Program-made: the position numbers and the translations under genes | Part shown: positions 49,672-59,344 of the stretch, piece by piece | How the letters are laid out: each line of letters starts with the position of its first letter | Position numbering within the stretch: position 1 is the stretch's first letter | Assembly: GCA_963532875.1 (NCBI GenBank) | Contig: CAUSLO010000003.1 | Coordinates: 1-59,344 of the forward strand | From: an uncultured Clostridia bacterium | GTDB lineage: Bacteria; Bacillota; Clostridia; Christensenellales; CAG-917 | Reading direction: 5' to 3' | DNA: 59,344 bases | The notes under the pieces: model-generated | The model's input: the letters and a program-made list of their open reading frames with translations, nothing else | Databases searched by the model: none | Told to the model about the DNA's origin: nothing

Positions 49672-51944
49672 TTGAGTTGAAGAATATTAATAAAGAATTT
49701 GCAGATGGCAAGAGACGAAATAGGGTTCTAAAAGATATATCTATCACATTCCCAGAGAAGGGATTGTATGCAATATATGGGAAGTCAGGTTCTGGGAAAA
49801 CAACGCTATTAAACATTTTGGGTGGATTAGACAAGCCGAATAGTGGCAAAATTACATTCGATGGTCAAGAATATGGTTATATATCAGACAATGTACGAAA
49901 TAAGAATATTGGGTTTATATTTCAAAACTATTATCTAGAAAGAGATGCGACAATAGAGCAAGTTCTTGCTAACCAGATGATGATAGCAGGGATAGATGAT
50001 GAAGATGAAATAAAGAGAAGAAGTGAGATCGTTTTAGACCTAGTTAATCTTGCCAGATTTAAACATAAAACAACTAATTCACTGTCGGGTGGTCAGAAGC
50101 AAAGAGTAGCAATTGCAAGAGCCCTGATTAAAGGAGCAAATGTTATATTGGCTGATGAACCAACAGGAAACTTGGATGCGGAGAATACATTCCTCATAAT
50201 GGATATTTTAAAAGAAATATCAAAAACGAAGTTGGTTATCTTAGTTACTCATGAACAAAATTTAATTGAACAATACAGCGATGCTCATATTGAGTTAGTT
50301 GATGGAGAAATTAAATTTAAAAGTAGCCCAAAAACTGATTACGTTACAGGTTATGAAAACAACAGTATAATTTTTGAACAGTCAACGGCAGTGCATACTG
50401 GAAGACTATTTAGAGTAAATAAAAAAAATAAGAAAGCAACACAGTACGATACGGCAACTAAGTTTAACAGTGCTGGTAATATTTTTAAACAGATATTCAT
50501 AATTTCGTTAGCAATAGTTTTGGCATTTTTCTCAATGAAGATTTTTGATTATTCAAGAGTAAAGGTTGAGAGAAAAAACATTACTAGCATGCAGAGATTG
50601 TTAAAGTTGAGCGACTATTCAGAAATTATAAAACTAGAGAGGGATAGTTATAGTAGAGTTGACTATTTCACGTTAAACAGTATAAATGGAAAATTTACAG
50701 TTAGAGACCTTGCAAGACTAGGTGTAGTAAATGAAAAGTATGTTAAAAAATCAAGCGATCTATTAGCGGAAAAAGATTTGAAAACTGGTAAGATGCCAGG
50801 ACACAATGAGGTTCTATTGAGTGAAGGAATGGCAAAATCAATAAGAAAACAACTAAAACTCAAAACCATTAAGAGCGATTCCTTTATAAAAGCATTAGAG
50901 TTTGATGCGAAGTATAAAGTAGTTGGGTTAGTAAAGGGCAATGACAAAAGTGTATATTTCTGCCAGCAAGATTATGTAAATACGATTGGATTATATGACA
51001 ACCTTGAGATTGAAGATAGAGGCGTTATTCGTACCAACCCAGAAAATCCAACAGAGTTGCAAGAAATTAGATCTAAAGTATATTTCGGAGAAGAAACTCA
51101 ATTTTCAAAGATGACTACAGCCATTCGAGAAAGCGACTCTGAAACATTAGCCGACGATGAAGTAATTATGGAAATTAATAGATCTGCTATGTACAAGATT
51201 AGAAATGTAGTACCTATGGAAACGGCGAACGCAGATTTACTTGGTGGCGAGGGAAAGATTCAAATCAAGGATTCGAGAGTCTTTGTTAAACAAATTAGAT
51301 TACAGCCAACTGGAAGTGGCGAAAGCGATATTGTTTTTAGAGTTAATAAAAGAACGATGTCTAACTTGTTATCACAAATTGCTCCTAACTTGGAAAAGTT
51401 GAAGGATAGCAATGCAATAGATAATGCATATTTTTTGATATCTGCCGAGAACAAAGAACAGATGAGGAAATTATCGGTAGCACTTGATAAAGCAAGATTA
51501 CAAGAGCCAAACATAAGCGAATATTATAAGAAGCAAGAACAGTTACAAAGAGATGGAATGCAGACGGTCTTATTGATAGTATTTGGGGCTATGGTATTAC
51601 AGTTCCTCATATATTACTTTATTGAAAAATCAGAGAGTATTAAGAATAGACAAGAATATGGAATCCTTAGAGCGGTTGGCGTAAGTAGGGGCAATCTACT
51701 ATTTAAGGAGTTCATAAATACCTCAAAAGGGAACTTTATCACGTTGAGTATATGCTACTTTCTAGCAGTTCTTATGATTATAGTTAGATATGCAATACTT
51801 GGAGTGACTGTTGGACAATTTATATTAATCAGTATAGGGATGTGTTTGGGAGTAATGGTACTGCTCACTGGACTATCATTGTTGCCATATCTATTCGTCA
51901 TTCATAGTACCCCAGCGAGAATTTTGGCGAGGTATGACATATAA
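49668..51944 (+). CDS. MacB-type fused ABC transporter (ATPase plus FtsX-like permease), subunit 2
   Basis: 'GKSGSGKTT', 'LSGGQKQR', '[11 protein letters not shown]', 'VTHE'. TM1 is 'IFIISLAIVLAFFSMKIF', followed by a large external domain. FtsX-like 'EYGILRAVGVSRGNL' plus 3 TMs. ATGA overlap with subunit 1. Confidence 0.85.
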   Translation: MIELKNINKEFADGKRRNRVLKDISITFPEKGLYAIYGKSGSGKTTLLNILGGLDKPNSGKITFDGQEYGYISDNVRNKNIGFIFQNYYLERDATIEQVLANQMMIAGIDDEDEIKRRSEIVLDLVNLARFKHKTTNSLSGGQKQRVAIARALIKGANVILADEPTGNLDAENTFLIMDILKEISKTKLVILVTHEQNLIEQYSDAHIELVDGEIKFKSSPKTDYVTGYENNSIIFEQSTAVHTGRLFRVNKKNKKATQYDTATKFNSAGNIFKQIFIISLAIVLAFFSMKIFDYSRVKVERKNITSMQRLLKLSDYSEIIKLERDSYSRVDYFTLNSINGKFTVRDLARLGVVNEKYVKKSSDLLAEKDLKTGKMPGHNEVLLSEGMAKSIRKQLKLKTIKSDSFIKALEFDAKYKVVGLVKGNDKSVYFCQQDYVNTIGLYDNLEIEDRGVIRTNPENPTELQEIRSKVYFGEETQFSKMTTAIRESDSETLADDEVIMEINRSAMYKIRNVVPMETANADLLGGEGKIQIKDSRVFVKQIRLQPTGSGESDIVFRVNKRTMSNLLSQIAPNLEKLKDSNAIDNAYFLISAENKEQMRKLSVALDKARLQEPNISEYYKKQEQLQRDGMQTVLLIVFGAMVLQFLIYYFIEKSESIKNRQEYGILRAVGVSRGNLLFKEFINTSKGNFITLSICYFLAVLMIIVRYAILGVTVGQFILISIGMCLGVMVLLTGLSLLPYLFVIHSTPARILARYDI

Positions 51945-51980
51945 ATTGGTTGGAGTTTAAATGCGGAGTAAGGAGGAACT

Positions 51981-54900
51981 ATGAGAAGTAAATTAAAGGT
52001 ACAAATAGTTTGTTTAGTAGTATTGTTACTTTCAATACTTCTTATTGGTTGTACAAAACAAAACACTCCTGAGGACTTAATAAAACAAAAGTATGGGAAC
52101 ACAGAATATACAATAACGTTTAATAGTGAAGATTTAGAAAAACCAATAAAGCCAATTAAGTATACACTCAACAGAATTCCAGAGTTACCAACACCAGCAA
52201 AAATTGGATATGTATTTCTAGGTTGGTTCTTTGATAAAGGATATAGAGATCCATACAGCGACCAGATGTTGCTTTTAAAGGCAAGTGATGTTGTCTTATA
52301 TCCAAAATGGACAAAGGAAGAGTTTATTGAAGATGGTAAATATAATGTTGATTTTAAATCAACCATAGTAGAAGACAGCATAAAGAAAGGTGAAAAAACT
52401 GATAAATATGGATATTGGGATTTTTCAAACTATATTACAAAAGTAAACACGTATATCGAAAAACGAGGCAATAAAAAAATTCTACGTCTTAGTTATGATG
52501 GTATAAACACAGTTGGATTTGCTCGTCCAAGTCCATTTGAATTGAGCGTCTCTTCAATGAACCCAAGAATAACGATGGTAGAAAAAAACGAGAACTTATC
52601 AACGAGCAAGAAAGATATATTTCTTGATATAACAAATCACAATTTGAGCAAGCCAATATATCTAACTGTAGTAGCAACGAACTATCACACTCCAAACTTG
52701 AGTGATGATGAAAGAAAGTTGACAGAAACGACATATGATGTCGCTTTCCAAATTGAGAAGATAAATGGTTTAGGTGAAGCGTATGTAGATACAAGGAATG
52801 GGTTAGCAGATGGACATTATTTAGCAAAAAGTTTCTATCGTCAAATAAACAACAAAGTAACCATGATGTCGCTATTCAATCCTGTATACGGATATATTGT
52901 TGCTGAGAATGGACAATATAAATATGTAAAAGAAGTAAATCCATATTATGGTTTGGTTGGTCCTACATCCAACTTATTAAAGCCTTTGAATAGGAATTTC
53001 TATCATAGGGGTACTACCTTCGCCAATTTTTATAGTGCATATACTATAGATTTCGATCCAGATAGACCAAGAGCAAATGAAAAGGGAGGCGAGATAAAAT
53101 CCGATTATCATCCAAGAGGTTATAACGCTGGAAGGACAATTGAATACTCTTTAGAGTATGACAGTAAGACCAATAGAATGTGGCAAGTCTTTAATCTAGG
53201 AGACAGATTAGATAAACATTTGGTAGCAGTTGGAGCGCCAACAGGGTTTATGGAAGTAGTGGGACACCAAGGTTTAGTTTCCTCATTGATAACAATTGAC
53301 TATAAGACAATGATTAGAGTTCCAGCGGAATATAAACCAATTAAGGGAGATTCATATGTATTCCAAAAACAGGGCTACTACTACCCAGGAAGCAATATTG
53401 ATTTTTCACTTACTGAATACGCATACGAAAAACAAAAGGAAATAGGGACAACAAACGATTTGCCTAATTTCTTCTACGGAGCAAAAACTCCAATTGATAA
53501 AACCGGGAATATTAAGAGTTTCAGAATGACTACAACTGGTAGCGGAAGAACTATAAGAGATTCAAAGGGCATGCTAGAATCGGTAACTGCAAAATATGAA
53601 ATTTTTGATTTTGATGTTTCAAAAGAACATCTAATCGGGGACATGATGGAAACGCAGTTGTATACCTCAACAGGTTGGCGCAATCAACGGAAGAATATGC
53701 CAAATGGGAAAATGTTGCCATTCGGCAGTGGAGTAAATATCAAAACTCTATTTGGTGAAAAAGTAACAGACGCAGATGTTGAGTATACAGTGAAGGCGTA
53801 TAGGTATTCAGCGACGACGCAAGCATACACAGATGAAATAAATGCAATTGATAATTTCTTTACATTTAATGAAAATTTAAATTTAGAATTTACATTTAAA
53901 ATGAATGGCTATGTAAAGACTGCACAAGTACAACTTAGAGAATATGTTGAACCAGAGTTTCATTTAAATGCTACGGCAGAAGATAACTTTGATCCATCGA
54001 AAACTTACCACGCAGGGGATAAATATAGTTTGCCAAAAGAGGCATATGCAACATGGGGCGACACTTATATTAAATACATGGGCGATTGGTATGGTGATGC
54101 TAAACACAAAGTTATGATTAACAACATGTATATGGCAAAGTACCAAAAGAAGAAGGGAGTAAGAGGATTCGAGTCATTAGATTTAACAGTCTATAAAGAT
54201 ATCGTAATTGAACAAAAAGTAGAGGAAGAGATTTGGGTCTATTATATTCAAAATCAATTTGGGGAAGTTAAGAGATTTGAGTATGTGTTGAAAACAGAAA
54301 AGAATCCTACATATACAATCACAAATAACGCTGGAGATAAAGTATTTGAGAAAACATCAACGAAAGATAACGAAGGAAATATCAAACCAGAAAGAACTGA
54401 ATTAACATTCGATGTAAGTTCAGAAGCAGAATTTAAAAGTTATGGGAATGACACGTTCAAATATAACGTAGGCACAGAAAGTGGCACATTTGAAATTTAC
54501 AGATATTACCTCATAACTTCTGAAACAAACGAAGAGGACTATGTATCTGGAAGATCAGCATCAGTTGTATTTGATGAGATATATGAGAAGTTGAAAATAC
54601 GAGGTGGAATTGTTCATGTTGAATATGTTTCTGGGAAAGAGTCTCTAGATATTTACTTCGTGTTGTCTGGAACTTATGGAGATAAGGCTGAACTAAAGCC
54701 AACACACTATAGAACATTATTTACTGGGCAGAAATATTTGTTGGGTGAAAAATTCATTAAGGATATGGATGGGAATATCATTGCCAAAAACTTTGTTGAT
54801 ATCTATTACAAAAGAAACGGAGAAACAATATTTAACAATGGTCAATATTTTGTAACAGAGGAGTTACAACCGCCATATAAGTATGTAACTTTTCTTCAGC

Positions 54901-55811
54901 CAGGCAACTATATGTTCGTATATAAGTTCTTTGCGAATAACTTACTTTTCATAAAAAAAGTAGAGGTGGAAGTTAAAAGTAATCTAGGAGAGGTAGAAGT
55001 AAAGTATATTACTGACTCACAGCATCCATTTAAAGACGGCACAACTGAACGCACTATAACTCACAGTTTACGTAATGAGTTCTATTTCCTAGATGAGAAA
55101 TACTTTAACACTAATGGTGATAGGTTATTGAGTTATATGGAAAACACTTTAGAGTTTACAAAGGTACAAGGCAAATTATACAAAGTGAGGGATTTCATAA
55201 AAGAGTTTAATTCTGACAAGATTGAAATTAAAGTTACTTGGGATAAAGGATCTAAAGTTACACTTAATCTCGATAAAGCGAAAACAGGTTTTGATAATAT
55301 TGAGTGTGATACGGTTTATAAAAGCAGTAATAAGGATAAGAGATATTACTTCAACAATAAGATTATAGATATAGAAGAAATTATTAAACATAAAGCGAAA
55401 GGCTTAGAAAAAGAGTACGTCTTAGTTGGTGTCAGAAGCACATACTTCAATGGCGGATATATAAATATTGAGGAATATCGAAAGGAAGTTCATTGGAGAA
55501 GTGAGTTGCATTCATTAGAACTAGAACTAGTATTTAAAAAGAGACTTAAACTAAAATATGAGATAGATGACACATATACCAAAGATTATTACAAACACGG
55601 CGATATAGTAGAGGATTTAGCATTTGGGGAGCACAACAATAAAATACCCAAATTAAAGCCAGAATATGAAAATACGCATAAATTTGTAGGTTGGTATATA
55701 AAGGGCGATACAACTCAAACTATAATAGATTTCAAAACATATATTGCACGCATGTCAGAAGCAGATGATAAGGGGATTATAACTATAGTCGCAAAATTTG
55801 AGGCAATATAA
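51981..55811 (+). CDS. Giant lipoprotein (1276 aa) with Listeria-Bacteroides repeats at both ends and an unassignable central region
   Basis: Lipobox 'LLIGCT'. N-terminal 'IGYVFLGWFFDKGYRDPY...VVLYPKW'; C-terminal 'HKFVGWYIKGDTTQTI...IVAKF'. The ~1100 aa between them carry no motif I recognise. SD AGGAGGA. Confidence 0.75.
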   Translation: MRSKLKVQIVCLVVLLLSILLIGCTKQNTPEDLIKQKYGNTEYTITFNSEDLEKPIKPIKYTLNRIPELPTPAKIGYVFLGWFFDKGYRDPYSDQMLLLKASDVVLYPKWTKEEFIEDGKYNVDFKSTIVEDSIKKGEKTDKYGYWDFSNYITKVNTYIEKRGNKKILRLSYDGINTVGFARPSPFELSVSSMNPRITMVEKNENLSTSKKDIFLDITNHNLSKPIYLTVVATNYHTPNLSDDERKLTETTYDVAFQIEKINGLGEAYVDTRNGLADGHYLAKSFYRQINNKVTMMSLFNPVYGYIVAENGQYKYVKEVNPYYGLVGPTSNLLKPLNRNFYHRGTTFANFYSAYTIDFDPDRPRANEKGGEIKSDYHPRGYNAGRTIEYSLEYDSKTNRMWQVFNLGDRLDKHLVAVGAPTGFMEVVGHQGLVSSLITIDYKTMIRVPAEYKPIKGDSYVFQKQGYYYPGSNIDFSLTEYAYEKQKEIGTTNDLPNFFYGAKTPIDKTGNIKSFRMTTTGSGRTIRDSKGMLESVTAKYEIFDFDVSKEHLIGDMMETQLYTSTGWRNQRKNMPNGKMLPFGSGVNIKTLFGEKVTDADVEYTVKAYRYSATTQAYTDEINAIDNFFTFNENLNLEFTFKMNGYVKTAQVQLREYVEPEFHLNATAEDNFDPSKTYHAGDKYSLPKEAYATWGDTYIKYMGDWYGDAKHKVMINNMYMAKYQKKKGVRGFESLDLTVYKDIVIEQKVEEEIWVYYIQNQFGEVKRFEYVLKTEKNPTYTITNNAGDKVFEKTSTKDNEGNIKPERTELTFDVSSEAEFKSYGNDTFKYNVGTESGTFEIYRYYLITSETNEEDYVSGRSASVVFDEIYEKLKIRGGIVHVEYVSGKESLDIYFVLSGTYGDKAELKPTHYRTLFTGQKYLLGEKFIKDMDGNIIAKNFVDIYYKRNGETIFNNGQYFVTEELQPPYKYVTFLQPGNYMFVYKFFANNLLFIKKVEVEVKSNLGEVEVKYITDSQHPFKDGTTERTITHSLRNEFYFLDEKYFNTNGDRLLSYMENTLEFTKVQGKLYKVRDFIKEFNSDKIEIKVTWDKGSKVTLNLDKAKTGFDNIECDTVYKSSNKDKRYYFNNKIIDIEEIIKHKAKGLEKEYVLVGVRSTYFNGGYINIEEYRKEVHWRSELHSLELELVFKKRLKLKYEIDDTYTKDYYKHGDIVEDLAFGEHNNKIPKLKPEYENTHKFVGWYIKGDTTQTIIDFKTYIARMSEADDKGIITIVAKFEAI

Positions 55812-56092
55812 ATTAACGCCAAAACTAAACGGCTTAGAATGTCTGATTTAATGGTTGATATTTAACGTGCATCGCTTAAAAAGTTTTAAAACATGTCAGC
55901 AAAAAATGAAAGAATCCAAAATTTTATCTGTTGAATAGAGATATTGTTTCAACAACTTTTACTCACTAAAAACTGGAAGCACAACAAAGTGATTTCCATG
56001 GCAATTAATGAGAATAATTTTGTTTGACAAATAAGTAAAGTTTTATTAACCTTACTTATATAGTTAAAGTTAATTAACTAAATGGAGGTAAT

Positions 56093-59000
56093 ATGAAAAA
56101 ACTTAAGTTGGTTGCGTTATTGTCTATCATGATTATTGCTATTGCTGCATTAGCAGGATGTACTGTGAACAAACAATCAGATGGTAATTCTAAGAGCACA
56201 AAGAAAGAAGTTGTGTTTTATGTAGATGGAAAAGAATACGCAAGAACACCATATAACAATAAGGGTGAATATAAAAATCCGATAGACCCAACAAAAGAGG
56301 GACACAAATTCGTAGGTTGGTATGGAGATGAAAATTTCACAAAACCAGTAACCGTAACAAAGAGAACAAAAGGACAAGTTAAGGCATATGCAAGATTTGA
56401 AAAGACAAGAGTTACTTTGTATTTAAACGGTGAATTATATAAAGAAACACACCATATAGATCTTGAAAATGAAAAGCCAGCCAAAGAAAACTTAACATTT
56501 GATGGATGGTATACAAATCCTGAGTGTACAGAGTTGTATAGAAAAGGAGACACAACAGCGACAAAACTATATACGATTTCAAAAGCAAGAGTTCAAATTT
56601 CAAATGGATATGAAGTTATACATGATGTTTTACTTAAAGAAGGCGAAAAGTTTAATAAGCCAGAAATGAATGACAAAATCCTAAAAGACTATATGAACCC
56701 AGATAGCGTTTTTGAATTTAAGAGCGAGGGAGAAGAATTTGATTTTGAAAAGCCAGTTACAAAGAATACAGTTATTGATTTAATGTGGGAAAGTAACAAA
56801 ATAGAGTACGATAAAATTGAAGGCACCGATTACTACTATGTAAAAAATATTGGGGGGTTCAATAGTAGCGAAGATATACGCCCAGTAATCTCAATACCAA
56901 ACAAAACACGTATAGATATAGGTGGAAACAAAGAAATAAAAGAAGTTAGGTCAGTTGCTATAGAAGGTGGCGGAGTATACATGGCTTATACAGAGAAGTT
57001 AATTGTAAACGAAGGAATAAAATACATCAGCGGACTTAATAGTGGATTTTATGGACACAAAATTAAGGAAGTAGTTTTACCAAAGAATTCATTAAAAATA
57101 ATAGAGAACTGTTTCGGAAATATGGCAAAAGGAGTTAAGTTAACAATTCCAAATAGTGTAGAAAAAATAATTAATTGTTTCTGGGGAATTTCGCCTTATG
57201 ACGAAACTGTTCAACCAAGTATTTCGGAGAATACATATAAAATACCAAATACGGTTAAAACCCTGGCATTAGTTCCAACAAATTTAGAATTTGAAGACGG
57301 TAGCCCATTTGTTAAAGAAAATGGAATGATTTTTAAAGTAGAAGGCACGAAGAAAACATTAGTATCTGTAGGATTGCTAGACAAAGATGTACTTGAAATT
57401 CCAGAAGGAGTAACGCATATACAGGTAGGAACTTTATGCAGTACAAAAATGATGAACCCTCCAAAGATGTTAAAGTTACCTTCAACATGGACTGGAATAG
57501 AGTACAACGGATTGGCAGCAGATTACATGGGTGCAAATGGAGAGTATACAAATCCACACAAATATTTACAATCGGATGATTTTGATTGGGATGACTTAAA
57601 GAGCACATACGACGTATTAGCGAATTCAATAATCTGTGGGTTATCCAAAATAGACGCAGTTGATATTAATACCCATGATTATCCAGCATCGCTTGATGCA
57701 AATGCAATATGTGATTTGACAACCACGAAGATGGGCCCATATACAATGAGAGAAGTGAAGGACTATACTAATTTTACAGATAAAGTTGTATTTTCAGCAG
57801 AAGTGGCAAGCGGACAACCTATTAAAGTTAACACATTTGGGCAAAGTGTTTATTTCCCAGATAGAAAACCTAAAAAAGAAATTTCAATGAACAGTGGCGA
57901 TATATTAACTGAAGAAAAAATAAAGAATGAATTGCAGTTAAAAGCAAATGAAGTCATTTTAAAAGTTACAAGTCTAGGAAAGACAGTTGAATGGGGAACC
58001 GAATTAAAAAGAAATACAATTCTTTTCGTTGAACTAGGAGTTACAAATACAGGATTTGAGTATGTAGAGGAAGATGGCAACTTAACAGTAACTGGATTTA
58101 ATAAAGATACAGCGTTTGAATCTCCAGATGGTACTTTTGTTGTATTTGTTCCAAAAGAAATCAGTGGAAAGAAAATCACTAAAATAGCACCAAATGCATT
58201 TGAAGGTGAAAATAGGCTAGGCAGAATATTTATAAATGCTGATATTGAAGAAATCGGAGATAATGCATTTAAAAATTGTGCAAATTTAAAAACTGTAGTT
58301 ATTAATAGCGATAACTTTAAAAGAATAGGTAAAAACGCATTTGAGGATTCAGGATTAGAAGAAATAACAATGCCATTAAGAAACCTTGAAGAGGTGGGGA
58401 CATTCGCATTTAGATGTAGAGATTTAAAGTGGTTTAATGCTGTTGAAAAAGAGAAGGAGACAGCAATGCTTTTAAGCCCTTATGGGTGGTATGGATTGGC
58501 GGACCTATTTTTTAACGAACCAATCGTTGGAAGATATTATTATCTCTATTATGGACAAGAAATGTCAGGTGGTATATCTAGAACAAAAGGTGGACAATTA
58601 GTTAGGTATATGGGGAAGACTCAAGTACAAGTTAAAAAGAACCCTACTTCTGATGAATACAATACTGTAGATGTACATGACATTGATTTTTATGCACAAG
58701 CAGCGGCCGCAGCATATTCATCTACGGGTACTATACAGTTAGGAGTTAGTAGGAGAAGTAGAATGCAAGCAGGGGAGAATACACCAGTATTTCGTTATAC
58801 GGTCAAAACTGGGGCATTTAACTATATTAGAGAAAAATGCATATATAACGGAGAAGAGCAGAAGACAGAAATTCAATTTGCTGTAATAAAGAAAGTAGAA
58901 AATCGTGCATTTAATGATATGCCTGATAAGTTTATGGAACTTAGTAAGAGTACTCCTAAAGAGGCAGAGAGAATCTATATTTATGAACCAGATGAGCAAC

Positions 59001-59164
59001 CAGATCAAGAAGTGGACAGATGGATAACTAGAGAAGATTTCAACAATGAAGAAATATTTGAAGATGGTTGGTGGAACAATATTAAGAAATCTGATGCAGA
59101 TTATAGCAAAGTTGAGGATATGACAAAGTATGCTAATGGTGATACTGTGTGTGCAATAGGATAG
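56093..59164 (+). CDS. Lipoprotein with two Listeria-Bacteroides repeats and BspA-type LRR segments
   Basis: Lipobox 'ALAGCT'. 'EGHKFVGWYGDENFTKP...VKAYARF', 'LTFDGWYTNPECTELY'. LRR_5-like 'ITKIAPNAFEGENRL..I..IGDNAFKNCANLKTV..I..IGKNAFEDSGL'. SD GGAGG. Confidence 0.8.
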   Translation: MKKLKLVALLSIMIIAIAALAGCTVNKQSDGNSKSTKKEVVFYVDGKEYARTPYNNKGEYKNPIDPTKEGHKFVGWYGDENFTKPVTVTKRTKGQVKAYARFEKTRVTLYLNGELYKETHHIDLENEKPAKENLTFDGWYTNPECTELYRKGDTTATKLYTISKARVQISNGYEVIHDVLLKEGEKFNKPEMNDKILKDYMNPDSVFEFKSEGEEFDFEKPVTKNTVIDLMWESNKIEYDKIEGTDYYYVKNIGGFNSSEDIRPVISIPNKTRIDIGGNKEIKEVRSVAIEGGGVYMAYTEKLIVNEGIKYISGLNSGFYGHKIKEVVLPKNSLKIIENCFGNMAKGVKLTIPNSVEKIINCFWGISPYDETVQPSISENTYKIPNTVKTLALVPTNLEFEDGSPFVKENGMIFKVEGTKKTLVSVGLLDKDVLEIPEGVTHIQVGTLCSTKMMNPPKMLKLPSTWTGIEYNGLAADYMGANGEYTNPHKYLQSDDFDWDDLKSTYDVLANSIICGLSKIDAVDINTHDYPASLDANAICDLTTTKMGPYTMREVKDYTNFTDKVVFSAEVASGQPIKVNTFGQSVYFPDRKPKKEISMNSGDILTEEKIKNELQLKANEVILKVTSLGKTVEWGTELKRNTILFVELGVTNTGFEYVEEDGNLTVTGFNKDTAFESPDGTFVVFVPKEISGKKITKIAPNAFEGENRLGRIFINADIEEIGDNAFKNCANLKTVVINSDNFKRIGKNAFEDSGLEEITMPLRNLEEVGTFAFRCRDLKWFNAVEKEKETAMLLSPYGWYGLADLFFNEPIVGRYYYLYYGQEMSGGISRTKGGQLVRYMGKTQVQVKKNPTSDEYNTVDVHDIDFYAQAAAAAYSSTGTIQLGVSRRSRMQAGENTPVFRYTVKTGAFNYIREKCIYNGEEQKTEIQFAVIKKVENRAFNDMPDKFMELSKSTPKEAERIYIYEPDEQPDQEVDRWITREDFNNEEIFEDGWWNNIKKSDADYSKVEDMTKYANGDTVCAIG

Positions 59165-59202
59165 TAAATAATAACTAGTAGTTTCTACCAATTAAGACAA
59201 AG

Positions 59203-59238
59203 TATGGATATCTAAATTAGATATCCATATTTTATTTT
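59203..59238 (+). terminator. Rho-independent terminator
   Basis: TATGGATATCT-aaatt-AGATATCCATA (11-bp stem) followed by TTTTATTTT. Confidence 0.7.
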
Positions 59239-59344
59239 GTGAATAAATTTTACGATAAATGGATTAATTTAAAATTGTTATTTATTCATTAGTAATTTCC
59301 CAACCCTCACGCTATAGAAATTTAAACAAAACAGCCCAAAATTA

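Noticed and set aside
55812-56092. Weak resemblance of 'TGTCTGATTTAATGGTTGATATTTAACG' here, and of 'ATATCTAAATTAGATAT' plus 'GGATTAATTTAAAATTG' at 59208-59277, to the 20615/35022 repeat.
   Set aside because: Only short AT-rich words match and there is no extended collinear identity. This is within chance expectation for this base composition.

Overview
This is an AT-rich segment using the standard genetic code: TGA ends full-length ORFs and Trp is TGG. I infer a low-GC Bacillota/Mycoplasmatota-like genome (Acholeplasma/Erysipelotrichia/RF39-like). Every large exported protein carries a lipobox Cys, and no LPXTG or cell-wall genes are seen.

The housekeeping backbone is mostly on the + strand. 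It contains tRNA-Ser, dinB, galU, clpC, hpf, pgi, ruvCAB-queA-tgt, holA, cdaA, aspartate kinase, a CPA2 antiporter and tRNA-Lys/tRNA-Gln.

Four accessory blocks interrupt it:
1. A C-protein-controlled type II restriction-modification cassette (18.4-20.4 kb).
2. A 14-kb, eight-gene, translationally coupled operon (20.8-35.0 kb). A MoxR AAA+ / DUF58 / BatA-N / double-VWA core sits between BspA-type LRR, Big_2 and Listeria-Bacteroides-repeat lipoproteins. A roughly 40-nt direct repeat brackets the block. This is the best candidate for an undescribed system.
3. An island (39.5-45.7 kb) with three paralogous AAA_14/DUF4143 NTPases and an AlbA_2/Schlafen-like wHTH protein. It carries three copies of a 40-nt palindromic repeat.
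4. Two adjacent MacB-type fused ABC transporters followed by two giant lipoproteins (47.5-59.2 kb).

No rRNA, CRISPR array, transposase or integrase was seen. All family calls rest on motifs read by eye; no searches were run.
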